This document shows, piece by piece, positions 8,271-18,462 of a stretch of 64,000 nucleotides of DNA. Origin of the DNA: Candidatus Omnitrophota bacterium (GTDB lineage Bacteria; Omnitrophota; Gorgyraeia; Duberdicusellales; 4484-171); assembly GCA_003154195.1 (NCBI GenBank), contig PMCS01000008.1:15366-79365 (forward strand), in the 5' to 3' direction. The position numbers and the translations under genes were made by a program. Each line of letters opens with the position of its first letter. The stretch's first letter is position 1. Under the pieces are notes generated by a model, which saw only the letters and a list, made by a program, of their open reading frames with translations, searched no databases and was not told the origin of the DNA.

Positions 8271-9704
8271 TTAAAGCAAATCAGCTACGATGCGGGAACC
8301 GGCGATCACTGAAGGTAAACCGCTGCCTGGTTGCGTGCTGCCGCCGACGTAATATAAACCTTTTAAATAATGATCATAATTTTTCGGCAGGGAAAAGATG
8401 TCTTGAACTAAATTATGAGAAAAACCGAATGTCGCGCCGTTATATAAATTGTAGCATTTCCTGAAATCATGGGGGTAAAATCTATGTTCTACCTCAAGCG
8501 AATCCTTTAAGTCCTGGCCGGAAATATCTTTTATCCGCGAGAAGACTGCATTGCGTAACCTTTCCCGGTGTTCTTCGATATTATCGCGCAGGTTCTCTAA
8601 ATTTGGCGCCAAAATCAGGATGCAAACTGTTTCCTTACCCGCCGGCGAAAGCGATGGATCGGTAACGGTAGGAACATAAACATAAAAAAATGGGTCCTGG
8701 GAAAATAGTTTTGTGTTAAAAACTTCCCGCAAATTCTTTCGCCAATCAGCGGGGAAGAAAAAATTATGATGTCCCAAGCCTTTAATTTTCCGGTTTAAGC
8801 CTAAATAAATCATCATTGCCGAACAGGAATATTTACGAGGCGTCAGCTTACGGCCAAGCAAATATTTTTGGGTATAATTATAATCAGCATTCACCACTAC
8901 TTTATCGGCCTTAACCGCACCGCGTTCTGTGTCCAGGATAAATTCAGAACCTTGTTTTCTGATGTTCTTTATGGCCTGGTTATAAAAAAGCTTCGCGCCG
9001 AATTTTTCCGCCATCTTCCTAAACGCCAAAGGAACCTGATACGTCCCGCCCAAAGAATGGAATATTTTCTGGCGATGGTCTAGATAAGTTATGATGCTGT
9101 AAAATCCCGGCGCGGAGAAGGGCGACGCGCCGACGAACAAAGACTGAAACGTAAACGCGTAACGAAGCTTTACGCTTTTAAAAAATTTCGAGACTACCTG
9201 CCAGTATGACTTATTCATTTTCAGGCCGGCGGCGATATTCCAAAACTTCGGGCTGAGCATATTCCCGGCGGAAAAACACCGATAGAACAAAGGGCGCAAC
9301 ACGCTGTCGATGCCTTGAGCTTCTTGTAGAAATCGGTCAAAACCCCGGCTGCCTCCCCGCTCTATTTTTTCTATTTCCTCCTTAGTCCTTTCACTATCCC
9401 GATAAATGTTCAATTGCGTTCCGTCGGCATAAAAAATTTTATAGGACTGGTCTAAAATCTTTAAGCTCAAATAATCATTTAGATTCTCGCCGCAGTATTG
9501 AAAAATCTCTTCCAAGAAATCCGGCATCATCACCAATGACGGCCCGGTATCGAATTTAAAACCTTTATCTTCGATAATATTGGCTACGCCGCCGCACCGA
9601 TCCAATTTCTCATAAACGCTGACGCGATAACCGTTTTTCGCCAGGCGCGCTGCCGCAGCCAACCCTCCCACTCCGGAACCGATAACTGCTATTTCATCTC
9701 TCAT
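8271..9704 (-). CDS. Phytoene desaturase family (CrtI/CrtN-like) FAD oxidoreductase
   Basis: GSGVGG FAD motif, GFKFDTGPS, VPTVTDPSLSPAG, GGSTQPGSGLPSV. Confidence 0.88.
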   Translation of the reverse strand: MRDEIAVIGSGVGGLAAAARLAKNGYRVSVYEKLDRCGGVANIIEDKGFKFDTGPSLVMMPDFLEEIFQYCGENLNDYLSLKILDQSYKIFYADGTQLNIYRDSERTKEEIEKIERGGSRGFDRFLQEAQGIDSVLRPLFYRCFSAGNMLSPKFWNIAAGLKMNKSYWQVVSKFFKSVKLRYAFTFQSLFVGASPFSAPGFYSIITYLDHRQKIFHSLGGTYQVPLAFRKMAEKFGAKLFYNQAIKNIRKQGSEFILDTERGAVKADKVVVNADYNYTQKYLLGRKLTPRKYSCSAMMIYLGLNRKIKGLGHHNFFFPADWRKNLREVFNTKLFSQDPFFYVYVPTVTDPSLSPAGKETVCILILAPNLENLRDNIEEHRERLRNAVFSRIKDISGQDLKDSLEVEHRFYPHDFRKCYNLYNGATFGFSHNLVQDIFSLPKNYDHYLKGLYYVGGSTQPGSGLPSVIAGSRIVADLL

Positions 9705-9708
9705 ATTT

Positions 9709-10374
9709 CTATTTTCTCAAAAGAGGGTCGATAATGTTTAGCCGCCGGAACGCCTCGGTTCTAAACCGGCAGCTATCGCATTGAAGACACGGTTTTTTGC
9801 CGCCGGAGTAACATGACCAGGTATACCGGAAGGGAACCTTTAATTTCAAACCCAATTTAATAATATCTTTTTTGCTTTTATCGATCAGGGGAGCGGAAAT
9901 CTTTATTTTCGAATCCTTCATCCCCAGATTAACGGCCTGGTTGAAATTCCACAAAAACTCGGGACGGCAATCGGGATAACCGGAATAATCACAGGTATGG
10001 GCACCGATAAAAATAGTCTCCGCGCCTATGCTCTCGGCTAAAGAAAAAGCATAACTTAGAAAAATAATATTGCGGCCGGCGACATAGGTAGCAGGAATAT
10101 CTTTTTTGTTTAAATTGCGCGACAGAGGGACAACAATCTTGCTATCAGTAAGGCTCGATTTCGTCCAACCCAAATCTATTTTTGCTGTGTAAAAATCGAT
10201 ATGGTTGAGACGGCAAAGCTTTATCGCGTATTCTATTTCTTTTTTGTGCCTCTGCGCATAATCAAAAATCAAGGCATCCGGCCGAAAGCCCCGGCTCCGG
10301 GCGTAATAAAGGGTGACTGCCGAGTCCAGCCCCCCTGATAAAAGAATGACGCCTTTTTTATTATTTTTTTTCAT
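9709..10374 (-). CDS. queC: 7-cyano-7-deazaguanine synthase
   Basis: SGGLDS, YVAGRN, GYPDCR, TWSCY...C..CDSC. Confidence 0.96.
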   Translation of the reverse strand: MKKNNKKGVILLSGGLDSAVTLYYARSRGFRPDALIFDYAQRHKKEIEYAIKLCRLNHIDFYTAKIDLGWTKSSLTDSKIVVPLSRNLNKKDIPATYVAGRNIIFLSYAFSLAESIGAETIFIGAHTCDYSGYPDCRPEFLWNFNQAVNLGMKDSKIKISAPLIDKSKKDIIKLGLKLKVPFRYTWSCYSGGKKPCLQCDSCRFRTEAFRRLNIIDPLLRK

Positions 10375-10397
10375 CGCGTACCGGCGAGGTTGGATTG

Positions 10398-10826
10398 TTA
10401 AAGTTTTTTATTTTTAAGCTTTTTAGCCGGCCGAGGAGATGTGTCGTCCGAATAAATCGCGCAGGAATTGGCCGTCTCCCAGACTCGCACTTCGTCCAGC
10501 CGGCAGTTATTTTTCACGATGTCGTCTTTTAATTTTTCAAATAGATAGCGGGAAATTTCTTCGCAGCTGGGGTTAACGTTTCCTCCGTAAGAAACAGAAA
10601 AATATTCCAATTCGTTAAGATGTTTATGGTCAAGTTTTTCCAAAACTCTATTGACGATAATTTTTAATTCACCGAAATCAATAACCATACCCGCCCGATC
10701 AAGCTCCCGGGAAGAAATAATAACTTCCACTTTCCAATTATGGCCGTGCAGGGATTCGCACTTACCTTTATACTCCCGCAGGCTGTGCGCGGCGCTGAAA
10801 TTAGAAATCACTTTGATTTTATACAT
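10398..10826 (-). CDS. queD: 6-carboxytetrahydropterin synthase
   Basis: FSAAH, C..LHGHNW, LDH..LN, VWET. Confidence 0.95.
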   Translation of the reverse strand: MYKIKVISNFSAAHSLREYKGKCESLHGHNWKVEVIISSRELDRAGMVIDFGELKIIVNRVLEKLDHKHLNELEYFSVSYGGNVNPSCEEISRYLFEKLKDDIVKNNCRLDEVRVWETANSCAIYSDDTSPRPAKKLKNKKL

Positions 10827-10836
10827 AGATTAATAA

Positions 10837-10943
10837 GTTTAGCCGGTTTTGCCGGTTGGGCACATTAACCGGTTAAGTAGGTTTAGCCGGTTAAATGATT
10901 TTTTAACTGGCTAAACCGGCTCAACCAGCTAAACCGGTGAAAC
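10837..10943. repeat. Bracket family A, copy 2 (queD/murI junction)
   Basis: gtttagccg-gttttgccg-gttgggc ... aactggcta-aaccggctc-aaccagcta-aacc. Confidence 0.9.
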
Positions 10944-10948
10944 ATAGA

Positions 10949-11743
10949 TCACACATTCACTACTTTCGGTATCGCGATCTCCCGCCCTAAAAATAGCTTC
11001 GCCATCTTGGCAAAGCCCTTAGGCTCATCGGAAACATAAAATTCCACCCTACCCCGGCGGCGGCGGTTATTAAAAATATTACATTGCGCGATAATCTCCT
11101 GAGTATGGATACTCACGGCTTGCGCGGAATCAATGATTTTAACCCCGCGTAAATATCCGGATATTTCTTTTTTAAGCAACGGGTAATGCGTGCAGCCTAA
11201 AATCAACGTGTCGATACCGGCGTGTTTAAAATCCTTAAGATACATGTCGACAATATCCTCAACCAGTTTGCCTTTTAGAATACCTTCTTCCACCAACGGC
11301 ACAAAAAGCGGGCAGGCACGGGAATAAACCTTAGCCTTTGGCTCTTTAGAAAGGATAACCTTATCATAGCTTAAGCTTTTTATCGTAGAACGCGTCCCGA
11401 TAATGCCGATGCGTTTATTGCGGGAAACCTGCGCAGCCAAACGCGCTCCCGCTTCGATAACGCCGAAAACAGGGATATTAAATACCCCTGACAGATAATC
11501 GAGCGCCAGGGCTGAAGCGGTGTTGCAGGCGACCACAACAATTTTTACTTTTTTCTTTAAAAGAAATAATATATTTTCCGTGCTAAATTTGACAATCGTC
11601 TCCCGGGACTTATTACCGTAGGGGACGCGCGCGGTATCGCCGAAATAAATGATATTCTCACCCGGTAATGCCTTTTCGATTTGCCGCAATACCGTCAACC
11701 CGCCTACGCCTGAATCGAAAATACCGATAGGATTGTTCTTCAT
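10949..11743 (-). CDS. murI: Glutamate racemase
   Basis: FDSGVGGLTV, ACNTA, LGCTHYP. Confidence 0.97.
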   Translation of the reverse strand: MKNNPIGIFDSGVGGLTVLRQIEKALPGENIIYFGDTARVPYGNKSRETIVKFSTENILFLLKKKVKIVVVACNTASALALDYLSGVFNIPVFGVIEAGARLAAQVSRNKRIGIIGTRSTIKSLSYDKVILSKEPKAKVYSRACPLFVPLVEEGILKGKLVEDIVDMYLKDFKHAGIDTLILGCTHYPLLKKEISGYLRGVKIIDSAQAVSIHTQEIIAQCNIFNNRRRRGRVEFYVSDEPKGFAKMAKLFLGREIAIPKVVNV

Positions 11744-11772
11744 ATCTCCCCTCTCATTATTAAAATTTCATT

Positions 11773-12843
11773 TTAATAAGAATCATGTTTTCTTGCGATA
11801 TCTCCAGCAGAAGCCAAATATGACGAATACCGTTTGTTCAAAGAAACTACCCCCAAAGCGATCGCCTCGGCAATCTGCCTTTGATAATAATCTTTCCTAA
11901 GGCTTTTTTCTTCATAATGGTTGCTCAGGTACCCGATCTCAACCAGAACTGAAGGTACATAGGCAAGCCGAAGCACATAAAACGGCGCGCGCTTGGGCAA
12001 CGCGATTTTAAAACCCATATTTTTAAAAAACTGATATAGCGTATTAGTCAACGTTACGGAGAGCGAATAATTTTTTGTCAAAAGTAAATCCCACAATATC
12101 GCCTCTCCGGCAACCGGGATATCCCCCCGGCCGAATTCTTTGTCCAATCCTCTTGTCCGGGCAAGTTCTAATGCCCGGGATTGGCTCTGGAGGCGGTTAG
12201 GAGTAAGATAATAAACTTCCAAACCGTTAAGCCGCCGGGATTCGCTCGAGTTAGAATGAATACTTATAAAGATATCAGCATTACGTTTCCTGGCTACTTC
12301 CACCCGCTCCTGCAATTCAAGAAATATATCGCAGGAACGCGTCAAAAAAACCCGGAACCCCCGGCGGCTCAACTCCTCTTCAAGATATTTGGCGACCTTA
12401 AGATTAAGGTCCTTCTCTTTCATCCCCGAAACCGATGTAGCGCCGGGATCCTTACCGCCGTGGCCGGGATCGATCACGATGGTTTTTACGGCAAAAACCG
12501 GCCTTTGATAAATATCTTCATTTAAAAAAATGATCTCTTCCAATTGGCGCGGGATAAATATTTTCCCGGCGGCATAGAACGGCCGCTTTACCAGATTAAA
12601 AATCTTACCGTTGCAATAACCGGCGGCGGAATTCAAAATCAGGCGGATTTCTTTGTCACCGCCATATATTTTTACCATATCGTCGATGGTATCAAAATCA
12701 TAGCGCAGGCTGTGTTTCGCGCATAAATCGCTAACCTCGATAAAATCGGCCGACGAAGCGCCGACGCCGCCCGGCCGGTAAGAAACAGTAGCGCAGGCTG
12801 ACAATAGCATAACCGCGCTGAGTAAAAACAACTTCCGCACCAT
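11773..12843 (-). CDS. N-acetylmuramoyl-L-alanine amidase (Amidase_3), lipoprotein
   Basis: Lipobox LSAC; IDPGHGGKDPGA, FISIH, PSVLVEIGY. Confidence 0.92.
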   Translation of the reverse strand: MVRKLFLLSAVMLLSACATVSYRPGGVGASSADFIEVSDLCAKHSLRYDFDTIDDMVKIYGGDKEIRLILNSAAGYCNGKIFNLVKRPFYAAGKIFIPRQLEEIIFLNEDIYQRPVFAVKTIVIDPGHGGKDPGATSVSGMKEKDLNLKVAKYLEEELSRRGFRVFLTRSCDIFLELQERVEVARKRNADIFISIHSNSSESRRLNGLEVYYLTPNRLQSQSRALELARTRGLDKEFGRGDIPVAGEAILWDLLLTKNYSLSVTLTNTLYQFFKNMGFKIALPKRAPFYVLRLAYVPSVLVEIGYLSNHYEEKSLRKDYYQRQIAEAIALGVVSLNKRYSSYLASAGDIARKHDSY

Positions 12844-12893
12844 AATATTATTATACCATTTTGGATAAATCTTTCATTAGAAAAACAATGCAC

Positions 12894-13058
12894 AACCGAA
12901 AAAATGCCTGCTCGCTTATCTCACTCGATCCGTCTCGCTCGCCTCTAGGCAAGCCGAGGACCTTCAGCTTGCCGAAGCGGACACGAATCGAAGCGGGCTC
13001 GCCTCGCTTTGCGGACGAAGCGGACAGTTAGGGAGGCGCGCGGCGTATTTTTCCGGTT
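12894..13058. repeat. Nested palindromic element: outer aaccgaaaaaatgcc/ggcgtatttttccggtt IR with an inner copy of the 1457-1510 insert
   Basis: 12930-12982 aligns with the reverse complement of 1457-1510. Confidence 0.8.
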
Positions 13059-13070
13059 AATCCGCTTCTT

Positions 13071-14738
13071 CTAAATCTCTCTCCGGGAAAGTTCACTGAG
13101 GCTGGATTTATAATTACCCCGCAATATCGAAAGGATAACAAAAACTGCCGTAACGCTTACCGCCAGAGACAGCGTAAACGCACGGGAAAATCCGTCGGTA
13201 AGAAAATAATTGGCGGGGACTCCCACCAGAACAATCACAATCGTCACAAAAATCAGTTCGCGGATAAGGCACAAAAACCCTTTCGCGCTTAACGCGAAAT
13301 CTAAAGGCGTTTGAATCGAAAAATCGGCCTGCCGCATCCCCCAACTCAAAGCGATAAGGACAACCCCCCAACACAATAATCCGGTCGTAACCGCGCAAAC
13401 CAGGATAAAAATAAATTTTATACGCAGGATAAGGCAGGAAACTACCGTCAAAACCTCGCCCAATAAAAACAGCGGGATAAACCCTAAAAGAAATTTCGCT
13501 TTCAGGAAATCACCGAGAGGGATCAGCGAGTTTTTAATCAATTTAAAATTGTTTGCCTCAACGCTGACGCTGGGAAATACCCAACGGCCGCTTAATGCCG
13601 CGACCACTACCGAAGAATAGAAAAAATTAAAGAGGTAAATATAAAGGAAAGAAAAGATCGGGTCGGCGCCGGCCTTGCGCGCGCCGGCATCAATCTGGTA
13701 AACACTGTAAAAATAGATAAAACTTAAAGGGATAAAGATCAGGAGCGAACCCTTCTCCACGATATCCCGGTAAAAAGTTAACAGGTCTTTACGGATAAAC
13801 CCACGCAATGAACGCGGAAAAATATTAAGCAAGGCCTGCCAGCTGAACTTTTTATTAACAACCGCTGACATCACCGCCGCGTCCTCCCATATACGTTTAT
13901 AAAAAAGATTGGCTAAAAGATACAGCGAAACCAACAGCGCCATCGCCAGGATAAAAAGACCGGAAAAATTGGCCACGATGCCTTTAGTATCTCCCCGGGT
14001 TTGCGCGACGATCATGCCGGTCAACCATTCACTGGGAAAAATAGTCATCCACGGTTTGTGCAGGTTTTGCACAAAATTAAGCAAGCGCATTTTTCCTTCA
14101 CCGGTTACGACCTGCTCCGGCTGCATCAACCGGATTAAAACAACCAGGATACTGCCGGTCAAAAGGCCGATAACGGTAAGTACCCCCCGCGCCCGGACAA
14201 AAGAGACGAAACACGAAATCACGATGACTGTAATCGCGGCCAGGGATACGGGAATCAGAAGAAATACGGCAAAACCGATACCAGCCGTAAGATAGGTCGC
14301 TAAACCGATATTAAAATAATTCTGTAGCGCCGCGATAAAAGTCATAAAGCCCAGAAATACCATCCAGCAGGTATAAAAATACACCTGGATAAACTTCACG
14401 GAAAAAATCGATAACCGGTTGACCGGAAAAGAAAAGTAAAAATAGACTTCCTCTTTTTGGAACAAAAAGGAAAGAGTCATCACCACCGCGCTATAAAAAA
14501 TCAACGGTAAGAACATCAGGAGAGTAAAGGAAAGAAAGAAAAAAGCAAAATCCAAAGCTGGCAGGCTTTTTTGGGCGACGAAACGAAACATCGTAGTTAA
14601 AAAAATATAGATTAAAACCAGGCCGAAAAGGACAATAAGCGGGTGCATGATATCCCCGCATAAAAACTCTCTCCGGTTTTTTTTAAAAGAATTATTTAAA
14701 ATCTTAAACTGAATGTTAAGCCAGCTCAAAACAAACAT
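13071..14738 (-). CDS. ABC exporter permease (multi-TM)
   Basis: Many hydrophobic segments, FPSVSVE motif, next to ABC ATPase; start moved to ATG 14738. Confidence 0.8.
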   Translation of the reverse strand: MFVLSWLNIQFKILNNSFKKNRREFLCGDIMHPLIVLFGLVLIYIFLTTMFRFVAQKSLPALDFAFFFLSFTLLMFLPLIFYSAVVMTLSFLFQKEEVYFYFSFPVNRLSIFSVKFIQVYFYTCWMVFLGFMTFIAALQNYFNIGLATYLTAGIGFAVFLLIPVSLAAITVIVISCFVSFVRARGVLTVIGLLTGSILVVLIRLMQPEQVVTGEGKMRLLNFVQNLHKPWMTIFPSEWLTGMIVAQTRGDTKGIVANFSGLFILAMALLVSLYLLANLFYKRIWEDAAVMSAVVNKKFSWQALLNIFPRSLRGFIRKDLLTFYRDIVEKGSLLIFIPLSFIYFYSVYQIDAGARKAGADPIFSFLYIYLFNFFYSSVVVAALSGRWVFPSVSVEANNFKLIKNSLIPLGDFLKAKFLLGFIPLFLLGEVLTVVSCLILRIKFIFILVCAVTTGLLCWGVVLIALSWGMRQADFSIQTPLDFALSAKGFLCLIRELIFVTIVIVLVGVPANYFLTDGFSRAFTLSLAVSVTAVFVILSILRGNYKSSLSELSRREI

Positions 14739-14981
14739 ATTTTTTGCTCCGCAAAAAATATCCGGCATCCGCTTCGCGGATGAAAAAAAGGAAATATACC
14801 CACCGGAGGAATATCATCCACTAGCCATTACCTCATACCTAACCGGTTTTCTTTAAGCTATAAGATAATCGGTTATCCCAAAGCACGCAGGCATTTTCCG
14901 GGTTAAGGGAAAGTTTGAAAACCGCAAGGTTTTCATTCATCTAATTCAGCCGGTAGCCTCCTTCGGAGGCGATCAGCTGAA

Positions 14982-15737
14982 TCAGGAGATATATTTTAAA
15001 AGCTCGGTGTATTTCTCGCCGCCGGTCAACTCCAGGAACAGATCTTCCAGATTATTACTCGCGCCGCCGGCGGCAGCCTTCAATTCTGCCAAAGACCCGG
15101 AAGCGATCTGTTTCCCCTTGTGGATGACCACAACCCGCCGGCATAGTTTTTCGGCAATCTCTAAAATATGCGTGGAAAGCAATATCGACGCCCCTTTTTT
15201 TGCCAGGCCCAGTAAGTATTCTTTGACCAACCGGCTGCTTTTCGGGTCAAGATTAAGCAGTGGTTCATCCAGGACGATGATTTTAGGCGAATGCAACAGC
15301 ATCGCCGCGAAAGTCATTTTCTGCCTCAAACCCCGGGGGTACCCTTCCATGATCTCATCCAGCCAAAAAGTAAGTTCCAGCGCCTTTTCTAATTCGGATA
15401 TCTTTTGTTTTATTTTTTGCTCGTCCAGCTTATAAAGCGAACCCACGAACATCAGGAATTCCCTCCCCGTGAGCCGGGGATAGAGAAACGGAGTATCCGG
15501 GATATATCCGATTTTGCCTTTTATATCGTCGCCGCCCCTGGTGAGACTTACACCGTCGATCTCCACATCGCCAGAATCCGGACGCCAGATACCGGCAATG
15601 ATATTTAAAAGAGTGGTCTTCCCCGCGCCGTTGGGGCCGACTAACCCTAAAATCATATTATCTTCTACTTCAAAATCGATGTTTTCCAAAATAACGTTAG
15701 CGTTGATTTTTTTACTTACCTTTTTTACTTTAATCAT
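14982..15737 (-). CDS. ABC transporter ATP-binding protein
   Basis: GPNGAGKTT Walker A, IIVLDEP Walker B, STH. Confidence 0.95.
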   Translation of the reverse strand: MIKVKKVSKKINANVILENIDFEVEDNMILGLVGPNGAGKTTLLNIIAGIWRPDSGDVEIDGVSLTRGGDDIKGKIGYIPDTPFLYPRLTGREFLMFVGSLYKLDEQKIKQKISELEKALELTFWLDEIMEGYPRGLRQKMTFAAMLLHSPKIIVLDEPLLNLDPKSSRLVKEYLLGLAKKGASILLSTHILEIAEKLCRRVVVIHKGKQIASGSLAELKAAAGGASNNLEDLFLELTGGEKYTELLKYIS

Positions 15738-15739
15738 GA

Positions 15740-16198
15740 TTATTTGCCTTTTTTAGTTTTCCCGAATCCCGCGCCGCCGGATTTTGATTTTTTAGCTTTG
15801 CCGGCGGTTCCGATTTCATTATTTTTGATAATCTCTTTCAGAAAAATCCGGCCCCAGCCGATAAGTTTTTTATCGGCGAATACAAAAGGAGTCAGGTCAT
15901 CGTCACTTATGGTACCATCCTCGTACCGGTCGTCCGTCGCGTAGTAAAAAACTTCGAAAGTTTTATCCTTGCCCTGCAATATTTCCGAACGATAAGGATT
16001 GTTGATGGTCAGCGAAGTAAAAAGATCTGTTTGAATCACCCTGGTCCTGTGGCCCATTATTTTAAACACACCCGATTTATCCATGCCGACCGAAAGCTTT
16101 GTTGAATTTATCCGGTTCAGCGCCGTTACGTTTTCCACGGTAGAACAACCGCCGGCAATCAGTGCCAGAGTAAATAAAAATACTATCCTTTTTTTCAT
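15740..16198 (-). CDS. Lipoprotein, DUF3192-like
   Basis: Lipobox AGGC; NPYRSE...FYY...DDLTPFVF..LIGWG pattern. Confidence 0.7.
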   Translation of the reverse strand: MKKRIVFLFTLALIAGGCSTVENVTALNRINSTKLSVGMDKSGVFKIMGHRTRVIQTDLFTSLTINNPYRSEILQGKDKTFEVFYYATDDRYEDGTISDDDLTPFVFADKKLIGWGRIFLKEIIKNNEIGTAGKAKKSKSGGAGFGKTKKGK

Positions 16199-16304
16199 AT
16201 TTAGCTCCTTTAAGATTATATAATGCGCGAAAACAACTCCTATTTTCTATATATATTCTACCTCATTTTTCTATTTAAAAGCAGGATTATTTATAAGCCA
16301 GGCT

Positions 16305-17981
16305 TTACGCCGGCGCGGCTGATCGGCCTAAGATATCTTTCAAATCCTGTTCCGGGTTTGCAATCGGCTTAATATTGAAATTTTTCACTAATATCTCAAG
16401 CACCCCGGGCGACACAAACACCGGTAGGCTCGGGCCCAAGCGTACATTCTTAATCCCCAGCGATAATAATGTAATCAAAATGCACACCGCCTTCTGTTCG
16501 TACCAGGATAAAACCAGCGAAAGCGGCAAATCGTTTACCGTGCACTTAAACGCTTCGGCTAACGCAACCGCAATCACAATCGCGGAGTAAGCATCGTTAC
16601 ACTGGCCGCAATCCAGGAGGCGCGGGATACCGCCGATATCGCCAAACTCAAGCGTATTAAACCGGAATTTTCCGCAAGCCAGGGTCAAAACCACGCAATC
16701 CTGAGGAACTTTTTGGGCAAATTCGGTATAATAGTTTCTCCCCGGTTTAGCGCCGTCACAACCGCCGATAAGAAAAAAATGTTTTATTTTTCCACCCTTC
16801 ACCGCTTCAATGATTTGAGGTGCAGCGCCTAAGACAGCCTTGTGCGCAAAACCGACTAAAATATTTTTTCCGGGGCGGCCCTCTTTAAACCCGCCCAGTT
16901 CTTTAGCTTTAGCGATCAGGCGGCTAAAATCTTTTTTGCCACCCTTTGCCTCGATATGGGCCACATCCGGCCAGCGCACCAGGCCGGTAGTAAACATTTT
17001 ATCCTTATAGGAATTAGACGGCTTTTGAATGCAATTAGTCGTCATCAAAATCGCGCCGGGAAGTTCACTGAATTCTTTTTGTTGATTTTGCCAGGCGGTC
17101 CCGTAATGGCCCGCCAGATGCTTATACTTATTCAGGGCGGGATAACCGTGAGCGGAAAGCATCTCGCCATGGGTATAAACGCTAACGCCGCTACCCTCGG
17201 TTTGTTCTAATAATTGCTTTAAATCAAGTAAATCGTGGCCGGAGATAACGATTGCCGGGCCGCTTTTTACGCCCAGAGAAACTTTCGTCGGCACGGGATT
17301 ACCAAGATGCTGAACGTGCGCGCCATCCAGCACCTTAAGACAGGTGAAGTTAACCTTACCGAATTCTAAAACCAGAGCAGTTAACGCCTTCGCGCTTAAA
17401 GAATCGTCGTCCAGGGCGGTTAAGCCTTTGTAAAAAAAAGCGTAGACTTCTTCATCGCCGGCGCCAAGAATTGCGGCGTGATCCGCATAAGCCGCCATCC
17501 CTTTCATCCCATAGAGCAATAATTCACGCAGGCTGCGGATGTCCCCGTCTAAACCGGCGCCGGACAAAATTCCCACCCCCTCGCCTTGAGCTATTAACCC
17601 CGGTAAACTATCAAGCGGTTTAAATTTAGCGGCGTCGGGAACCGTTTCGTTAAATTCTTTGCCGTTTTCCTCTCGATACGCTTCTTGAAATAATTTCTTT
17701 AGCGTTTCTTTATGTTCATACGCCTTTAAAATAAGCTTTTGGATTTCAACGGGGTCAAAATCAACATTAGTCACGGTAGCGAACAAAGCTTCGGCGACAA
17801 ATAAATCTATCGCCGCGTCTTTGACCCCCCAAGTCCGCGCCTTATCGCCGTAAAATCCTAAGCCTTTTAAGGCAAAAATAAGTAAGTCCTGTAAAATAGC
17901 GGTATCGTTGGTTTTACCGCACACACCCTGCACCGTACAGCCCTTACCGCCGCCGGTCTGTTCGCATTGTCGACAAAACAT
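16305..17981 (-). CDS. hcp: Hybrid cluster protein (hydroxylamine/NO reductase)
   Basis: MFCRQCEQT..GC...GVCGK, YTHGEM, GQCND, SWYEQKAV. Confidence 0.97.
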   Translation of the reverse strand: MFCRQCEQTGGGKGCTVQGVCGKTNDTAILQDLLIFALKGLGFYGDKARTWGVKDAAIDLFVAEALFATVTNVDFDPVEIQKLILKAYEHKETLKKLFQEAYREENGKEFNETVPDAAKFKPLDSLPGLIAQGEGVGILSGAGLDGDIRSLRELLLYGMKGMAAYADHAAILGAGDEEVYAFFYKGLTALDDDSLSAKALTALVLEFGKVNFTCLKVLDGAHVQHLGNPVPTKVSLGVKSGPAIVISGHDLLDLKQLLEQTEGSGVSVYTHGEMLSAHGYPALNKYKHLAGHYGTAWQNQQKEFSELPGAILMTTNCIQKPSNSYKDKMFTTGLVRWPDVAHIEAKGGKKDFSRLIAKAKELGGFKEGRPGKNILVGFAHKAVLGAAPQIIEAVKGGKIKHFFLIGGCDGAKPGRNYYTEFAQKVPQDCVVLTLACGKFRFNTLEFGDIGGIPRLLDCGQCNDAYSAIVIAVALAEAFKCTVNDLPLSLVLSWYEQKAVCILITLLSLGIKNVRLGPSLPVFVSPGVLEILVKNFNIKPIANPEQDLKDILGRSAAPA

Positions 17982-18000
17982 ATTTTTACCTCCTAATTAA

Positions 18001-18034
18001 CGCAGATGATCACAGATAAAAATCAGCGATCATC
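18001..18034. repeat. Bracket family G (CAGATGATCGC / GCGATCATCTG), minimal copy
   Basis: cgcagatgatcacagat-aaaa-atcagcgatcatc. Confidence 0.8.
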
Positions 18035-18358
18035 CCCGCCTTTAATCATCACTAACATCATTTTAAATCTCTTCGCCGCTTTTACGCTATGGAGTTTGCC
18101 GGCGGGAAGAATAATCGATTGGCTGCGGCTGACGCGAAAAAACTTCTTTTCGATAGAGATGAGCGCTTCCCCGTCCATAATGCTGATTAAAGCGTCAAAG
18201 GGAGCGGTATGTTCGCTTAAACCCTGCCCCCTATCGAAAGCGAACAAGGTAACCGTTCCGGCCTTACGGTTTATCATCGCCTGGCTGACAATCGAATCGC
18301 GTTCATAAGAAACGGAATCTTTTAAAGAAATCACTTTAGCGGAAAAATCTTTCTTCAT
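18023..18358 (-). CDS. Cupin domain protein
   Basis: TLFAFD.GQGLSEHTAPFDA...PA...HSVKA. Confidence 0.9.
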   Translation of the reverse strand: MKKDFSAKVISLKDSVSYERDSIVSQAMINRKAGTVTLFAFDRGQGLSEHTAPFDALISIMDGEALISIEKKFFRVSRSQSIILPAGKLHSVKAAKRFKMMLVMIKGGDDR

Positions 18359-18462
18359 TAATCAACCTCCTTGATAAAAAGTATCATCGAAACTAAAAAC
18401 TTAAAACCTTAACCTTACCAGTGCGAAGTCTCCCCGAAGGGGGCAAAGACGCTGAGAAAATA

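Noticed and set aside
12894-13058. GC-rich structured stretch as a tRNA or known ncRNA
   Set aside because: No cloverleaf or T-arm motif; partly matches the dispersed palindromic insert at 1457-1510.
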